A DNA stretch of 64,000 nt from an uncultured Oxalicibacterium sp. (GCF_913776015.1 NZ_CAJYMD010000067.1:66274-130273); one strand, 5' to 3'; shown: positions 8,268 to 17,407, numbered from the stretch's first letter. A program made the numbers and translations. The notes: generated from the letters alone by a model not told the origin.

Positions 8268-9980
8268 ATGCCACTGACCCTTTCTGCCGGCCATGCCTCA
8301 CGCGCCGGACTGCGGCCAGCCAACGAAGATTTCGTCGGCATGGTGATGCCGCCCGAGCCGGATCTGTCGAGCAAGGGTTTTCTCGCCGCCGTGGCCGATG
8401 GCGTCTCGGGCAATGATGGTGGTCGGCAGGCATCCGAATACACGGTGCGCGGCCTACTGGGCGATTACTACGCCACCTCCGATACGTGGCCCGTGACACA
8501 ATCGCTGGATCGCGTGATCAAGGCCATCAATAGCTGGGTACAGCAACAGGGTTCGATCCGCCCCGAACTGGCCGGCATGGCCTCGACGCTGACGACGCTG
8601 GTGCTGCGCGGCCATTTCTATTACTTCGCGCATGTGGGTGATACGCGTCTGTACCTGCTGCGCGACGACAAGCTCACACTACTAACCACCGACCACGTGT
8701 GGGATCGTCCCGAAATGCAGCACGTGCTGACACGTGCGATCGGCCTCGATTCACGCCTCGCCATTGATCACGGCATGGGCAATCTGCAGCAGGGCGATGT
8801 GTTCCTGCTGGCTTGCGATGGCGTGTGGGATACCTTATCGCATTACGAATTGCAGGAGCACCTGCAAACGGTCAGCACAGAGCGCGATGCCGAAACCGTT
8901 GCCAACGCCCTGCTCGATCATGCACTCGAAAAAGGTTCGCGCGACAACGTGAGCGCCATCGTCATACGCGTGCAGAACCTGCCCGAGATGAACTTGCGCG
9001 ATGCTGTTTCGGAATCGCAGCGGTTGCCCATTCCGCCGCGCCTCAAGGTCGGGCAGACCATCGACAGCTATCGCATCGAAGAACAGATTCATGCGTCGGC
9101 CACTACGCTGCTCTATCGCGTGAGCGAGCTGCGCCAGACCGGCGCAGCACCGCGCATGCTGGTACTGAAAACGCTGCATCCCGACAAGGCCGACGATCCG
9201 CACGAGCGTTCCGCCTTCGCCCATGAAGAATGGCTGTCGCGGCGTGTCGTCGCGCGCTTCTTTCCGCAGGCAATCGCTGCCGAAAACAAAAGCTATCACT
9301 ACTATCTGACGACGTGGCATGAAGGCAGCACGCTGCAGCAGCATCTCGATGTGGGCGAGCATTTCACGATTCCTGATGCGTTAGCGCATGGCAGCAAACT
9401 GATCCGCGCCATCGGTGCGCTGCATCGGCGCAGCATCATTCACCGCGATATCAAACCGGCCAACATTCATCTCGGCACGGATGGCGAGTTGCGAATTCTC
9501 GATCTGGGTGTGGCGCAATCGGGGCTGGAAGCCGAAGACGAAGTGCGTGCACCGCGCGCCGGCACGCCGTCCTTCCTGGCCCCCGAACAGTTCGATGCCG
9601 CACCTGCCTCACGCGCCACGGATCTGTACGCGGTTGGCGTGACGCTGTATCTGCTGCTGACGCGCCATTTTCCCTATGGCGAGATCGAACCGTTCCAGTC
9701 GCCGCGCTTCGGCACACCGGTTGCGCCAAGCCGCTATCGTCGCGATCTGCCGATGTGGCTGGAGAACGTATTGCTCAAGGCAGTAGCGCGCGATCCTGCA
9801 GATCGCTTTGAAACGGCAGAAGAATTTCAGTTGGCACTCGAACGCGGTGCAGCGCGACCTATCGATCGTCTGCCGAAAAAGCCCTTGGCAGAGCGCGACC
9901 CAACCAGTTTGTGGCGTGCGATTGCGCTGGTATCGGTGGTGACGAATCTTTTGCTGCTTTATCTTTTGGTGGTGCGCTAA
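8268..9980 (+). CDS. Bifunctional PP2C-type phosphatase / Hanks-type Ser/Thr kinase with C-terminal membrane anchor
   Basis: PP2C motifs RPANED, VADGVSG, HVGDTR, LTTDH, CDGVWD, SRDNV. Kinase motifs VLK, HRDIKPANI, DLG, GTPSFLAPE, DLYAVG. Ends in a hydrophobic tail. Confidence 0.9.
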   Translation: MPLTLSAGHASRAGLRPANEDFVGMVMPPEPDLSSKGFLAAVADGVSGNDGGRQASEYTVRGLLGDYYATSDTWPVTQSLDRVIKAINSWVQQQGSIRPELAGMASTLTTLVLRGHFYYFAHVGDTRLYLLRDDKLTLLTTDHVWDRPEMQHVLTRAIGLDSRLAIDHGMGNLQQGDVFLLACDGVWDTLSHYELQEHLQTVSTERDAETVANALLDHALEKGSRDNVSAIVIRVQNLPEMNLRDAVSESQRLPIPPRLKVGQTIDSYRIEEQIHASATTLLYRVSELRQTGAAPRMLVLKTLHPDKADDPHERSAFAHEEWLSRRVVARFFPQAIAAENKSYHYYLTTWHEGSTLQQHLDVGEHFTIPDALAHGSKLIRAIGALHRRSIIHRDIKPANIHLGTDGELRILDLGVAQSGLEAEDEVRAPRAGTPSFLAPEQFDAAPASRATDLYAVGVTLYLLLTRHFPYGEIEPFQSPRFGTPVAPSRYRRDLPMWLENVLLKAVARDPADRFETAEEFQLALERGAARPIDRLPKKPLAERDPTSLWRAIALVSVVTNLLLLYLLVVR

Positions 9981-10003
9981 GACACTAAGACGCTGAAAAA
10001 CAA

Positions 10004-10037
10004 AACGGCCTGCAGCAAACGTGCAGGCCGTTCTTTT
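10004..10037. terminator. Likely bidirectional intrinsic terminator between convergent genes
   Basis: aacggcctgca/tgcaggccgtt stem flanked by A-rich and T-rich runs. Confidence 0.8.
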
Positions 10038-10055
10038 GTGAAGCGCGGCACCAAT

Positions 10056-10808
10056 TCAGGCTACGGCCTCTTCCAGCGCCGCTTTGACCAGATCATCGAT
10101 CTCACCGGTAATACGCGACAGCACGCCAGCCACCACCGAAAATTCTTTGCCGGCTTCCCCGGCACGCGCCGCAACGATACGGGCATTGAATGCCACCATC
10201 TTGGCTTCGCGTGCAATGGTTTCAATATCCGTCATCACGCCATGCAATTGCGCGTGCATCAACCGCGCATGCTTTTTCGATTCGGCTTCATAGATCGCCG
10301 TAAGTTGATTCAGCACGGCCAGCAAGGCGGTCGTGCCATCCACCAGTTCTTCCAGCAGTTGTGGCGCATGGCGCAACTTGTCGTCGATTGCATTGAGCGC
10401 ACGCTCGGCCAGATCCATGAAGTGACGTATCTTGCGATCACCTTCCTGTGTACCGAAATACGCCTGTTCAAGTTCGCCACAGAATACGCCTGGCAATTGC
10501 CCTGAAGGCCGCATGAGCAACTGGTGCGCGTCGCGGAATAGCTTGAGTGCTTCGCGTGCCGTGCTCGTGGCATTCTCGCGCCCCTGCGCACCGAGCACCG
10601 CATACAAGACCAGCCGTTGCGAGGTAAAACGACGACGCCCCGACAGATTGATCAGCATGCCGAACACTTCACCCGACAGCGGGACGATACCGCTGTCCTG
10701 CTCGGCTTCCTGATGGATAAGCGGCGCAGTTCCGACTGCCGGCACCACGGCAGACCGATCTGCATGCTTGTCGTTTGCGGCCATGGGCAGCGTGATCGTC
10801 TGCCGCAT
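10056..10808 (-). CDS. Soluble protein with NarX/PilJ-type sensor motif and a minimal chemoreceptor signalling hairpin
   Basis: INLSGRRRFTSQR resembles the P-box/N-box. C-terminal IAREAKMVAFNARIVAARAGEAGKEFSVVA resembles the MCP tip. No transmembrane segment. Alternative start at 10784. Confidence 0.8.
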   Translation of the reverse strand: MRQTITLPMAANDKHADRSAVVPAVGTAPLIHQEAEQDSGIVPLSGEVFGMLINLSGRRRFTSQRLVLYAVLGAQGRENATSTAREALKLFRDAHQLLMRPSGQLPGVFCGELEQAYFGTQEGDRKIRHFMDLAERALNAIDDKLRHAPQLLEELVDGTTALLAVLNQLTAIYEAESKKHARLMHAQLHGVMTDIETIAREAKMVAFNARIVAARAGEAGKEFSVVAGVLSRITGEIDDLVKAALEEAVA

Positions 10809-10843
10809 CGGAATGACGTTCGCGGCCGAAGCCGCGGGCGCGC

Positions 10844-11656
10844 TCAGGCAGCCTCCTTCGCCGGATGCGATTGACGGTGATACAGGAATTCCAGCACCGC
10901 CGAACGGTATTGCATGTATTGCGGATCCTGAGCCAGCGCCACGCGTTCACGCGGACGGGCCAGTTTCACTTCGCAAATCTCGCCGATGGTGGCCGATGGG
11001 CCATTGGTCAGCATGACGATGCGATCCGACAGCAGCACGGCTTCATCCACATCGTGCGTGACCATGACGACGGTGGAATTGGTCGCGGCCACGATCTTCA
11101 GCAACTCATCCTGAAGATGCGCACGCGTCAAGGCGTCGAGTGCACCGAACGGTTCGTCCATCAGCAGCACTTTCGGTTCCATCGACAGCGCACGCGCAAT
11201 ACCGACGCGCTGCTTCATGCCGCCCGAGATTTCATTCGGCCGCTTTTGCTCCGCATGCGTTAGGCCCACCATCGCCAGCGCAGCCCTGGTGCGTGCCTGC
11301 AATTGCGCTTTCGATTCGCTGCCACCGAACACACGCTCAACAGCCAGATACACGTTTTCAAAACACGTCAACCACGGCAACAGTGAATGGTTCTGGAACA
11401 CGACCGCACGCTCAGGCGACGGGCCGGCAATTTCGCGATTGCCGCACAATAGTGCGCCACCGGTTGCCGTCGTCAGGCCGGCAATCAGATTCAGCAATGT
11501 CGATTTGCCGCAACCCGAGTGACCGATCAGCGTGATGAATTCACCCTTGGCAACCGTCAGGTTGATGTCGCGCAGCGCATTGAAAACGCCCTTCTTGGTG
11601 TGGAACGACATTTCACCGTTTTGAATGTCGATGTATTTGCTGTTGGTGCTGTCCAT
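10844..11656 (-). CDS. nasD: Nitrate ABC transporter ATP-binding subunit (NasD/NrtD)
   Basis: Walker [34 protein letters not shown]; start trimmed to MDSTNSK. Confidence 0.93.
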   Translation of the reverse strand: MDSTNSKYIDIQNGEMSFHTKKGVFNALRDINLTVAKGEFITLIGHSGCGKSTLLNLIAGLTTATGGALLCGNREIAGPSPERAVVFQNHSLLPWLTCFENVYLAVERVFGGSESKAQLQARTRAALAMVGLTHAEQKRPNEISGGMKQRVGIARALSMEPKVLLMDEPFGALDALTRAHLQDELLKIVAATNSTVVMVTHDVDEAVLLSDRIVMLTNGPSATIGEICEVKLARPRERVALAQDPQYMQYRSAVLEFLYHRQSHPAKEAA

Positions 11657-11709
11657 GATGGTTTCCTTCTGCGTATGGATGCGGGGTCGTTGTGATGACA
11701 TCTCGCCTT

Positions 11710-11748
11710 GCATGCGGCCGGCTGGGATACGCGTTGCCGACCGCATGC
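11710..11748. other. Intercistronic hairpin between nasE and nasD (13-bp stem, no U-tract)
   Basis: Minus strand GCATGCGGTCGGC ... GCCGGCCGCATGC. Confidence 0.6.
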
Positions 11749-11779
11749 GATTTTTGTGTTGCTTATCGATGATCTACAC

Positions 11780-12697
11780 TTAGCTCTTCACATCTTCGTA
11801 GGTGAAGGCGCGTGCGATACCAACCAGAATCTGTTCGAGAATCAGGCCGACGACGCCGATGACGACGATGGCGATGATGATGTGCGGCACATTGAGGTTG
11901 TTCCACTCATCCCACACCCAGAAGCCGATACCGACACCGCCGGTCAGCATTTCTGCCGCCACGATCACCAGCCATGCGGTACCGATGGCAAGACGCACGC
12001 CGGTCAGCATGTACGGCAATACGGAAGGAAAAAGAATCTTGGTGATGATCTTCCACTCCGACAGATTCAGTACACGTGCCACATTCATGTAATCCTGCGG
12101 AACCCGCTGCACGCCTACAGCGGTGTTGATGATCATCGGCCAGATCGAGCAGATGAAGATCGCCCAGATCGCAGCCGGATCGGCAGCCTTGAATACCAGA
12201 AGACCAATCGGCAACCAGGCCAGGGGCGACACCGGTTTCAACAGGCTGATGATCGGATTGAACATCCCCGACAGAAAACTGAAGCGACCAATCATGAAGC
12301 CCAGCGGAATACCTACCAACGCCGCCGCGCCGAAGCCAAGGCCAACGCGCTTGAGCGAAGCGAGAATATTCCAGCCGATGCCCTGGTCATTCGGGCCGTT
12401 GCTGTAGAACGGATCGGCGAACAGGTCAAGCGCTGATTTCCACGTCACGAATGGCGAGGGAATGCCACTGTTTTTGGCAGCGATGATTTCCCACACCACG
12501 ATCAGGAAAAACACACCGAACAACGGCGGCAGAATCTTCATCATGAAGGGGCGTAGCGAAGACGGTTTCTTCGGCTTGCCGACGGCCTTGGTGTCCACCG
12601 CTGCCGCTACAGCACCGCCTTGGGTGGTGCTGTCGGCCCTGGTGCTCGATGCGTGGACGACAGGAGATAAGGTTTCTGCAACGACTGCGGTATTCAT
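11780..12697 (-). CDS. nasE: Nitrate ABC transporter permease (NasE/NrtB)
   Basis: LFADPFYSNGPNDQGIGWNILASL, LKPVSPLAWLP, VAAEML, WDEWNNL. Confidence 0.93.
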   Translation of the reverse strand: MNTAVVAETLSPVVHASSTRADSTTQGGAVAAAVDTKAVGKPKKPSSLRPFMMKILPPLFGVFFLIVVWEIIAAKNSGIPSPFVTWKSALDLFADPFYSNGPNDQGIGWNILASLKRVGLGFGAAALVGIPLGFMIGRFSFLSGMFNPIISLLKPVSPLAWLPIGLLVFKAADPAAIWAIFICSIWPMIINTAVGVQRVPQDYMNVARVLNLSEWKIITKILFPSVLPYMLTGVRLAIGTAWLVIVAAEMLTGGVGIGFWVWDEWNNLNVPHIIIAIVVIGVVGLILEQILVGIARAFTYEDVKS

Positions 12698-12706
12698 GAG
12701 GACTCC

Positions 12707-13957
12707 TTATGCCTTGATCTTGAACGATTCGGCGTATGCCTTCGGATTCTTGCCATCCCAGACCACACCATCGATGAGCTTGGACGAACGCATTTCGCTC
12801 TTCGGCAGCGGCACCTTGGCTGCGGTAGCGGCTTCCTTGTAGAGCGCGATACGGTTGATCGATTTCGCCGTGCCCAGGTAATCCGGCTCGCCCTTGGCCA
12901 GACCCCAGCGCTTGTGCTGCGTCATGAACCACATGCCATCCGACAGGTACGGGAAGTTGACCGCGCCTTCGTTGTAGAACTTCATGTAGTTCGGATCGTC
13001 CCAGGTCTTGCCGAGGCCGTTTTGATAGCGACCGAGAATGCGTTCGTTGATCACATCGACCGAGGTATTCACATAAGCCTTGGCCGCGATCGTGTCAGCC
13101 ATCTTGGCCTTGTTCGACAGCGAGGAATCGATCCAGCGACCGGCTTCGAGAATGGCGGCCGTCACGGCGCGTGCGGTGTTGGGATTCTTGGCAACCCAGT
13201 CCGACGTCGTACCCAGCACTTTTTCAGGATGATCTTTCCAGATGTCTTGCGTGGTCGCCGCCGTGATGCCGATGCCATCGACGATGGCGCGGTGATTCCA
13301 CGGTTCGCCAACGCAGAAACCATCCATGTTGCCGACACGCATATTGGCAACCATCTGCGGTGGCGGCACGGTGATGACCTTGGCATCCTTCATCGGATTG
13401 ATGCCATAGGTTGCCAGCCAGTAGTACAGCCACATGGCGTGTGTGCCGGTCGGGAAGGTTTGCGCAAACGTGTACTCGCGCTTTTCCATCTGCATCAGCT
13501 TCGCGAGCGCCGGGCCGTTGATCGCACCGGCATCGGCGAGCTTTTTCGAGAGCGTGATGGCCTGACCATTGTTGTTTAGGTTCATCAGCACGGCCATGTC
13601 TTTCTTGGCACCGCCTATGCCTTCATGCACGCCATACACGAGGCCGTACAGCACATGCGCTGCATCGAGTTCACCATTGACCAGCTTGTCGCGCACACCA
13701 GCCCACGAGGATTCCTTGGTCGGCACGATCTTGACGCCGTACTTCTTGTCGAAGCCCATGACTGATGCCATGACAACCGACGCGCAATCGGTCAGCGGAA
13801 TGAAACCGATCTTGACCTCTTCCTTCTCTGGTTTGTCCGATCCGGCAGCCCAGACACCGCCGGTTGCCAAACCGCCAAATGCGCCCACTGCGGCGGCGGT
13901 ACCTGCCTTGATAATGGTGCGTCGTGTCATGTTGGTTTTCCCGTCGTGCGTTGTCAT
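12707..13957 (-). CDS. nasF: Nitrate ABC transporter substrate-binding protein (NasF/NrtA, CmpA family) with twin-arginine signal
   Basis: Start trimmed to MTTHDGK. Contains TRRTIIK (TAT), GFIPLTDCA, TFPTGTH and GFCVGEPW. Confidence 0.92.
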   Translation of the reverse strand: MTTHDGKTNMTRRTIIKAGTAAAVGAFGGLATGGVWAAGSDKPEKEEVKIGFIPLTDCASVVMASVMGFDKKYGVKIVPTKESSWAGVRDKLVNGELDAAHVLYGLVYGVHEGIGGAKKDMAVLMNLNNNGQAITLSKKLADAGAINGPALAKLMQMEKREYTFAQTFPTGTHAMWLYYWLATYGINPMKDAKVITVPPPQMVANMRVGNMDGFCVGEPWNHRAIVDGIGITAATTQDIWKDHPEKVLGTTSDWVAKNPNTARAVTAAILEAGRWIDSSLSNKAKMADTIAAKAYVNTSVDVINERILGRYQNGLGKTWDDPNYMKFYNEGAVNFPYLSDGMWFMTQHKRWGLAKGEPDYLGTAKSINRIALYKEAATAAKVPLPKSEMRSSKLIDGVVWDGKNPKAYAESFKIKA

Positions 13958-13984
13958 GTCGTCCTCGATAGCGAAGTGGAAAAG

Positions 13985-14033
13985 AAAAAACGTCCGGCGT
14001 CGCAAAAGCACATGCTTCTGCAACACCGGACGT
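13985..14033 (-). terminator. Leader (attenuator) terminator ahead of nasF
   Basis: Minus strand ACGTCCGGTGTTGCAGAAGC-ATGT-GCTTTTGCGACGCCGGACGT followed by TTTTT, between the promoter and the nasF start. Confidence 0.85.
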
Positions 14034-14045
14034 CGTTGTCCTGAG

Positions 14046-14101
14046 ATGACAACCGCCATTGGTCATCATCGTGGTGTATTTTTAGTACCGCCGTTGGTAC
14101 T
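14046..14101 (-). promoter_or_regulatory. Tandem ANTAR-binding RNA hairpins (NasT antitermination element)
   Basis: AGTACC-AACGGC-GGTACT and ATGACC-AATGGC-GG..TCAT. Both are hexaloops with A1/G4 closed by C-G, directly 5' of the terminator. Confidence 0.85.
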
Positions 14102-14112
14102 GAATTGAAACT

Positions 14113-14128
14113 AGCAATTCATATGCCA
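14113..14128 (-). promoter_or_regulatory. sigma54 -24/-12 promoter for nasFED and the mini-receptor gene
   Basis: Minus strand TGGCATATGAATTGCT (GG-N10-GC). Confidence 0.85.
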
Positions 14129-14233
14129 GTTTATGAAAGTCATCGCCAACCGAGCCATTTTAAGAGGAGAAACGGTTGCGGCGTTTGCGGCAACCAATAC
14201 CAGCAACCCAGGTTGATCAGCGCTTTGCCAAGC

Positions 14234-14266
14234 GCGCTGTTTTCGTGCATCGCATTGATTTAGTGC
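14234..14266. promoter_or_regulatory. Tandem NtrC-type sites
   Basis: GCGC-N7-GTGC (14234-14248) and GCAT-N7-GTGC (14252-14266), about 110-140 bp upstream of the sigma54 site. Confidence 0.55.
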
Positions 14267-14369
14267 ATCACAAATGCACTATTTAAAGCGCAGCACGAAC
14301 ACAATCCAGCGACGTCGACACCAACCACCAACAAGATCTCAAGCATTACGGTAGTCGCTCGCGGCTCAC

Positions 14370-15020
14370 TCAACCAAGCAGATCGGCAATATCGATCAGG
14401 CGTTGCGCCAGTTCCGACAGCTTGACGTTCTTGTCCATCGCCATGCGGCGCAACTTGCTGTAAGCCTCGTCTTCGGAAATCTTGTGCCGCTCCATCAGCA
14501 AACCCTTGGCGCGTTCGATCGTCTTGCGTTCGGCCAGCTTGAGCTTGGTGTCGGACAGTTCATTGCGCAGTTTCTGGTCGGCGTTGAAACGCGCCAGCGC
14601 CACGTCCAGCACCGGCTTGACGCGCTCAGCCTGCAAACCGGCGACGATGTAGGCGGACACACCGGCCGCCATTGCCGCTTCCATGCTGGATGGCGCGTGG
14701 TCTTCGGTAAACAGCACGATCGGGCGTGGCGCTTCGCGCGTGGCCATCACCACGTGTTCCAGCACATCGCGCGCATCCGATTCAGCATCGATGATGATCA
14801 TGTCGGGCTGCAATTGCATCACGCGCTCGGGCAAATGCATATCGGCCGGGAACACGGCGACGATGTTATAGCCGGCTTCCAGCAGACCGATGCGCAAGGC
14901 GCGTGCGCGCTCATCCTGCTCCAGCGCCAGATCATCTTCGAGATCGGCTTCAGGCGAGAGCAAGGTATTGACGACGACGATGCGCAGGGAGCGCATATCG
15001 ACTTTGTTATGTGAGGTCAT
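14370..15020 (-). CDS. nasT: ANTAR-domain antiterminator with receiver-like domain (NasT)
   Basis: [19 protein letters not shown]...RPIVLFT...GVSAYIV, and the ANTAR domain [13 protein letters not shown]...SEDEAY..LRRMAM. Confidence 0.9.
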   Translation of the reverse strand: MTSHNKVDMRSLRIVVVNTLLSPEADLEDDLALEQDERARALRIGLLEAGYNIVAVFPADMHLPERVMQLQPDMIIIDAESDARDVLEHVVMATREAPRPIVLFTEDHAPSSMEAAMAAGVSAYIVAGLQAERVKPVLDVALARFNADQKLRNELSDTKLKLAERKTIERAKGLLMERHKISEDEAYSKLRRMAMDKNVKLSELAQRLIDIADLLG

Positions 15021-15076
15021 GCAAATCAGTCAGAGGAGCAGCCGCAGGCTGCGGGACGGAATACGCTACAATCGCA

Positions 15077-15092
15077 CGCAAGAATCGCACCA
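15077..15092 (-). promoter_or_regulatory. Possible sigma54 promoter for nasT
   Basis: Minus strand TGGTGCGATTCTTGCG (GG-N10-GC with TTGC); the -24 element is imperfect. Confidence 0.45.
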
Positions 15093-15108
15093 ATATACCC
15101 TCATCTTC

Positions 15109-16140
15109 ATGCTTGTCCTCGGAATCGAATCCTCCTGCGACGAAACCGGCATCGCGTTGTATGACACACAACACGGTCTGCGCGCGCACGCCCTTTACTC
15201 GCAGGTCAAGATGCATGAGGAATATGGCGGCGTGGTACCCGAACTGGCTTCGCGCGATCACATTCGCCGCGCCATCCCGCTGTTGCAGCAAGTGCTCGAC
15301 GAAAGCGGCGCACAACGCGATGACATCGATGCCATCGCCTACACGCAAGGCCCGGGCTTGGCCGGCGCACTACTGGTTGGCTCATCAGTTGCGTGCGGCC
15401 TCGGCCTCGCGCTCGACAAACCCGTACTCGGCGTACACCACCTCGAAGGCCATCTGCTGTCACCCTTGCTGGCCAGCGAACCACCGGAATTTCCGTTCAT
15501 TGCGCTGCTGGTATCGGGTGGTCATACACAATTGATGCGCGTGGATGGCGTCGGTCGCTACGAGATGCTGGGTGAAACACTGGACGATGCCGCTGGCGAA
15601 GCCTTCGACAAGTCGGCCAAGCTGCTCGACCTCGGTTATCCAGGCGGCCCGGCGATTTCACGCATGGCCGAATTCGGCGATCCAACCGCCTACACCCTGC
15701 CGCGCCCGATGCTGCACTCGAAGAATCTGGATTTCAGCTTCTCCGGTTTGAAAACGGCTGTGCTGACCGTCGTGAAGAACCACGGCGATGCCAACATCTG
15801 CGAACAGGACAAGGCCAACATAGCGCGCGGCTTCGTCGATGCGATTGTCGATGTGCTGACCGCCAAGTGCATGACCGCGCTCAAGCAAACCGGCCTCAAG
15901 CGCCTCGTCATCGCCGGTGGCGTCGGCGCCAACCGCCAGTTACGCGAATCGCTGAATGCCGCTGCCGCCAAACGCCACTACAAGGTCTATTACCCCGAAC
16001 TCGAATTCTGTACCGACAACGGCGCCATGATTGCCTTCGCCGGCGCCATGCGCTTGCAGATCGATCCAACGCTGGCGCAAAAGGACTACGCCTTCAACGT
16101 CAAGCCGCGCTGGCCGCTCGATAGTTTGACGGCACCTTAA
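15109..16140 (+). CDS. tsaD: tRNA N6-threonylcarbamoyltransferase
   Basis: [57 protein letters not shown]. Confidence 0.97.
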   Translation: MLVLGIESSCDETGIALYDTQHGLRAHALYSQVKMHEEYGGVVPELASRDHIRRAIPLLQQVLDESGAQRDDIDAIAYTQGPGLAGALLVGSSVACGLGLALDKPVLGVHHLEGHLLSPLLASEPPEFPFIALLVSGGHTQLMRVDGVGRYEMLGETLDDAAGEAFDKSAKLLDLGYPGGPAISRMAEFGDPTAYTLPRPMLHSKNLDFSFSGLKTAVLTVVKNHGDANICEQDKANIARGFVDAIVDVLTAKCMTALKQTGLKRLVIAGGVGANRQLRESLNAAAAKRHYKVYYPELEFCTDNGAMIAFAGAMRLQIDPTLAQKDYAFNVKPRWPLDSLTAP

Positions 16141-16175
16141 TTTCGCTACGTCCTTTAAATACATTCAACATGCCC

Positions 16176-16209
16176 AATAAAAAATCCCGCCGTTGCGGGA
16201 TTTTTATTT
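16176..16209. terminator. Bidirectional intrinsic terminator (tsaD/plsY)
   Basis: aataaaaaatcccgc-cgtt-gcgggatttttatt. Confidence 0.85.
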
Positions 16210-16222
16210 ACACATATCGCCA

Positions 16223-16828
16223 TCACTTCTTCTTGCTGCCGATACGGCTTTCCTTGCCGGCGAGCAGATTGGCAATGTTCTTCTGATGGCGGAACAACAG
16301 CAAGGCGCTCATCACCGCAATCGACAAGGCAATCGCATCCATCTCGAACATCAGCACATAAAAGAACGGCGCAAAGATCGCCGCCACGATAGCCGATAGC
16401 GACGAGTAACGGAACGCATAGGCAATGATCAGCCACGTCGCCAGTGTCGCCAAGCCGAGCCAGCCATTGATTGCCAATAGGATGCCAAGTGCTGTCGCCA
16501 CGCCTTTGCCGCCGACGAAGCGGAAGAACACCGGCCACAAATGGCCAAGGAATACCGCAATCGCCACCAGTGCAATGCCTGTTTCATCGATGCCATAGGC
16601 TGCACCACAAGTCTTTGCCAGATAGACAGCGACGAAACCCTTGGCACCATCGCCGAGCAAAGTCAGCAAGGCTGCTTTCTTGTTGCCGGTACGCAGCACA
16701 TTGGTCGCGCCCGGATTCTTGGAGCCGTAACTGCGCGGATCATCGAGTCGGAAGACCTTGCTCACCACCACGGCAAACGAAATCGAGCCGATCAGATAGG
16801 CGGCCAGAACAAACAACGCTGTATTCAT
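16223..16828 (-). CDS. plsY: Glycerol-3-phosphate acyltransferase
   Basis: [39 protein letters not shown]. Confidence 0.96.
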   Translation of the reverse strand: MNTALFVLAAYLIGSISFAVVVSKVFRLDDPRSYGSKNPGATNVLRTGNKKAALLTLLGDGAKGFVAVYLAKTCGAAYGIDETGIALVAIAVFLGHLWPVFFRFVGGKGVATALGILLAINGWLGLATLATWLIIAYAFRYSSLSAIVAAIFAPFFYVLMFEMDAIALSIAVMSALLLFRHQKNIANLLAGKESRIGSKKK

Positions 16829-16883
16829 TTCCTTCTCTTCTTTCCAATGGCTGCGTGCATGACTTCACGCAGCGTTCTTTCAT

Positions 16884-17375
16884 TTAATCCGCCAGTGCGC
16901 ATTGCACAGGCTTGGCTCCCAGCACATCGCGCAACGCTGCGGGAACCAGACTCACCAGAAAACCGCGACGTCCACCATTGATGTAGATGCGATCCAGCGC
17001 GAGGATGCTTTCTTCCACATAAACAGGCACCTCCTTGCGCGTGCCGAACGGCGACGTGCCGCCAATCAGGTAGCCGGAATGCCGGTTGGCGACTTCGGGC
17101 TTGCAGGGCTCGACAGATTTACTGCCAATCTGCCGCGCCAGATTCTTGGTCGACACCTTGCAGTCCCCATGCATGAGCACCAGCAGCGGTTTGGCCGCTT
17201 CGTCTTGCATGACCAGTGTCTTGATGACAATATGCTCATCCACCCCTAATGCACGCGACGAACCTTCGGTACCGCCATGCTCTTCGTACGCGTAAGGATG
17301 TTCGGAAAATGCCACCGCGTGGCGGCGCAGCCATTGCGTCGCGGGCGTTTCCGACACATGCTCTTTTCTTGCCAT
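16884..17375 (-). CDS. ybaK: Cys-tRNA(Pro) deacylase
   Basis: IKTLV, GYLIGGTSPFG, INGGRRG; start trimmed to MARKEH. Confidence 0.93.
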   Translation of the reverse strand: MARKEHVSETPATQWLRRHAVAFSEHPYAYEEHGGTEGSSRALGVDEHIVIKTLVMQDEAAKPLLVLMHGDCKVSTKNLARQIGSKSVEPCKPEVANRHSGYLIGGTSPFGTRKEVPVYVEESILALDRIYINGGRRGFLVSLVPAALRDVLGAKPVQCALAD

Positions 17376-17407
17376 CGTGTTACGCTCAATCAAAAAAGGA
17401 GCACATT

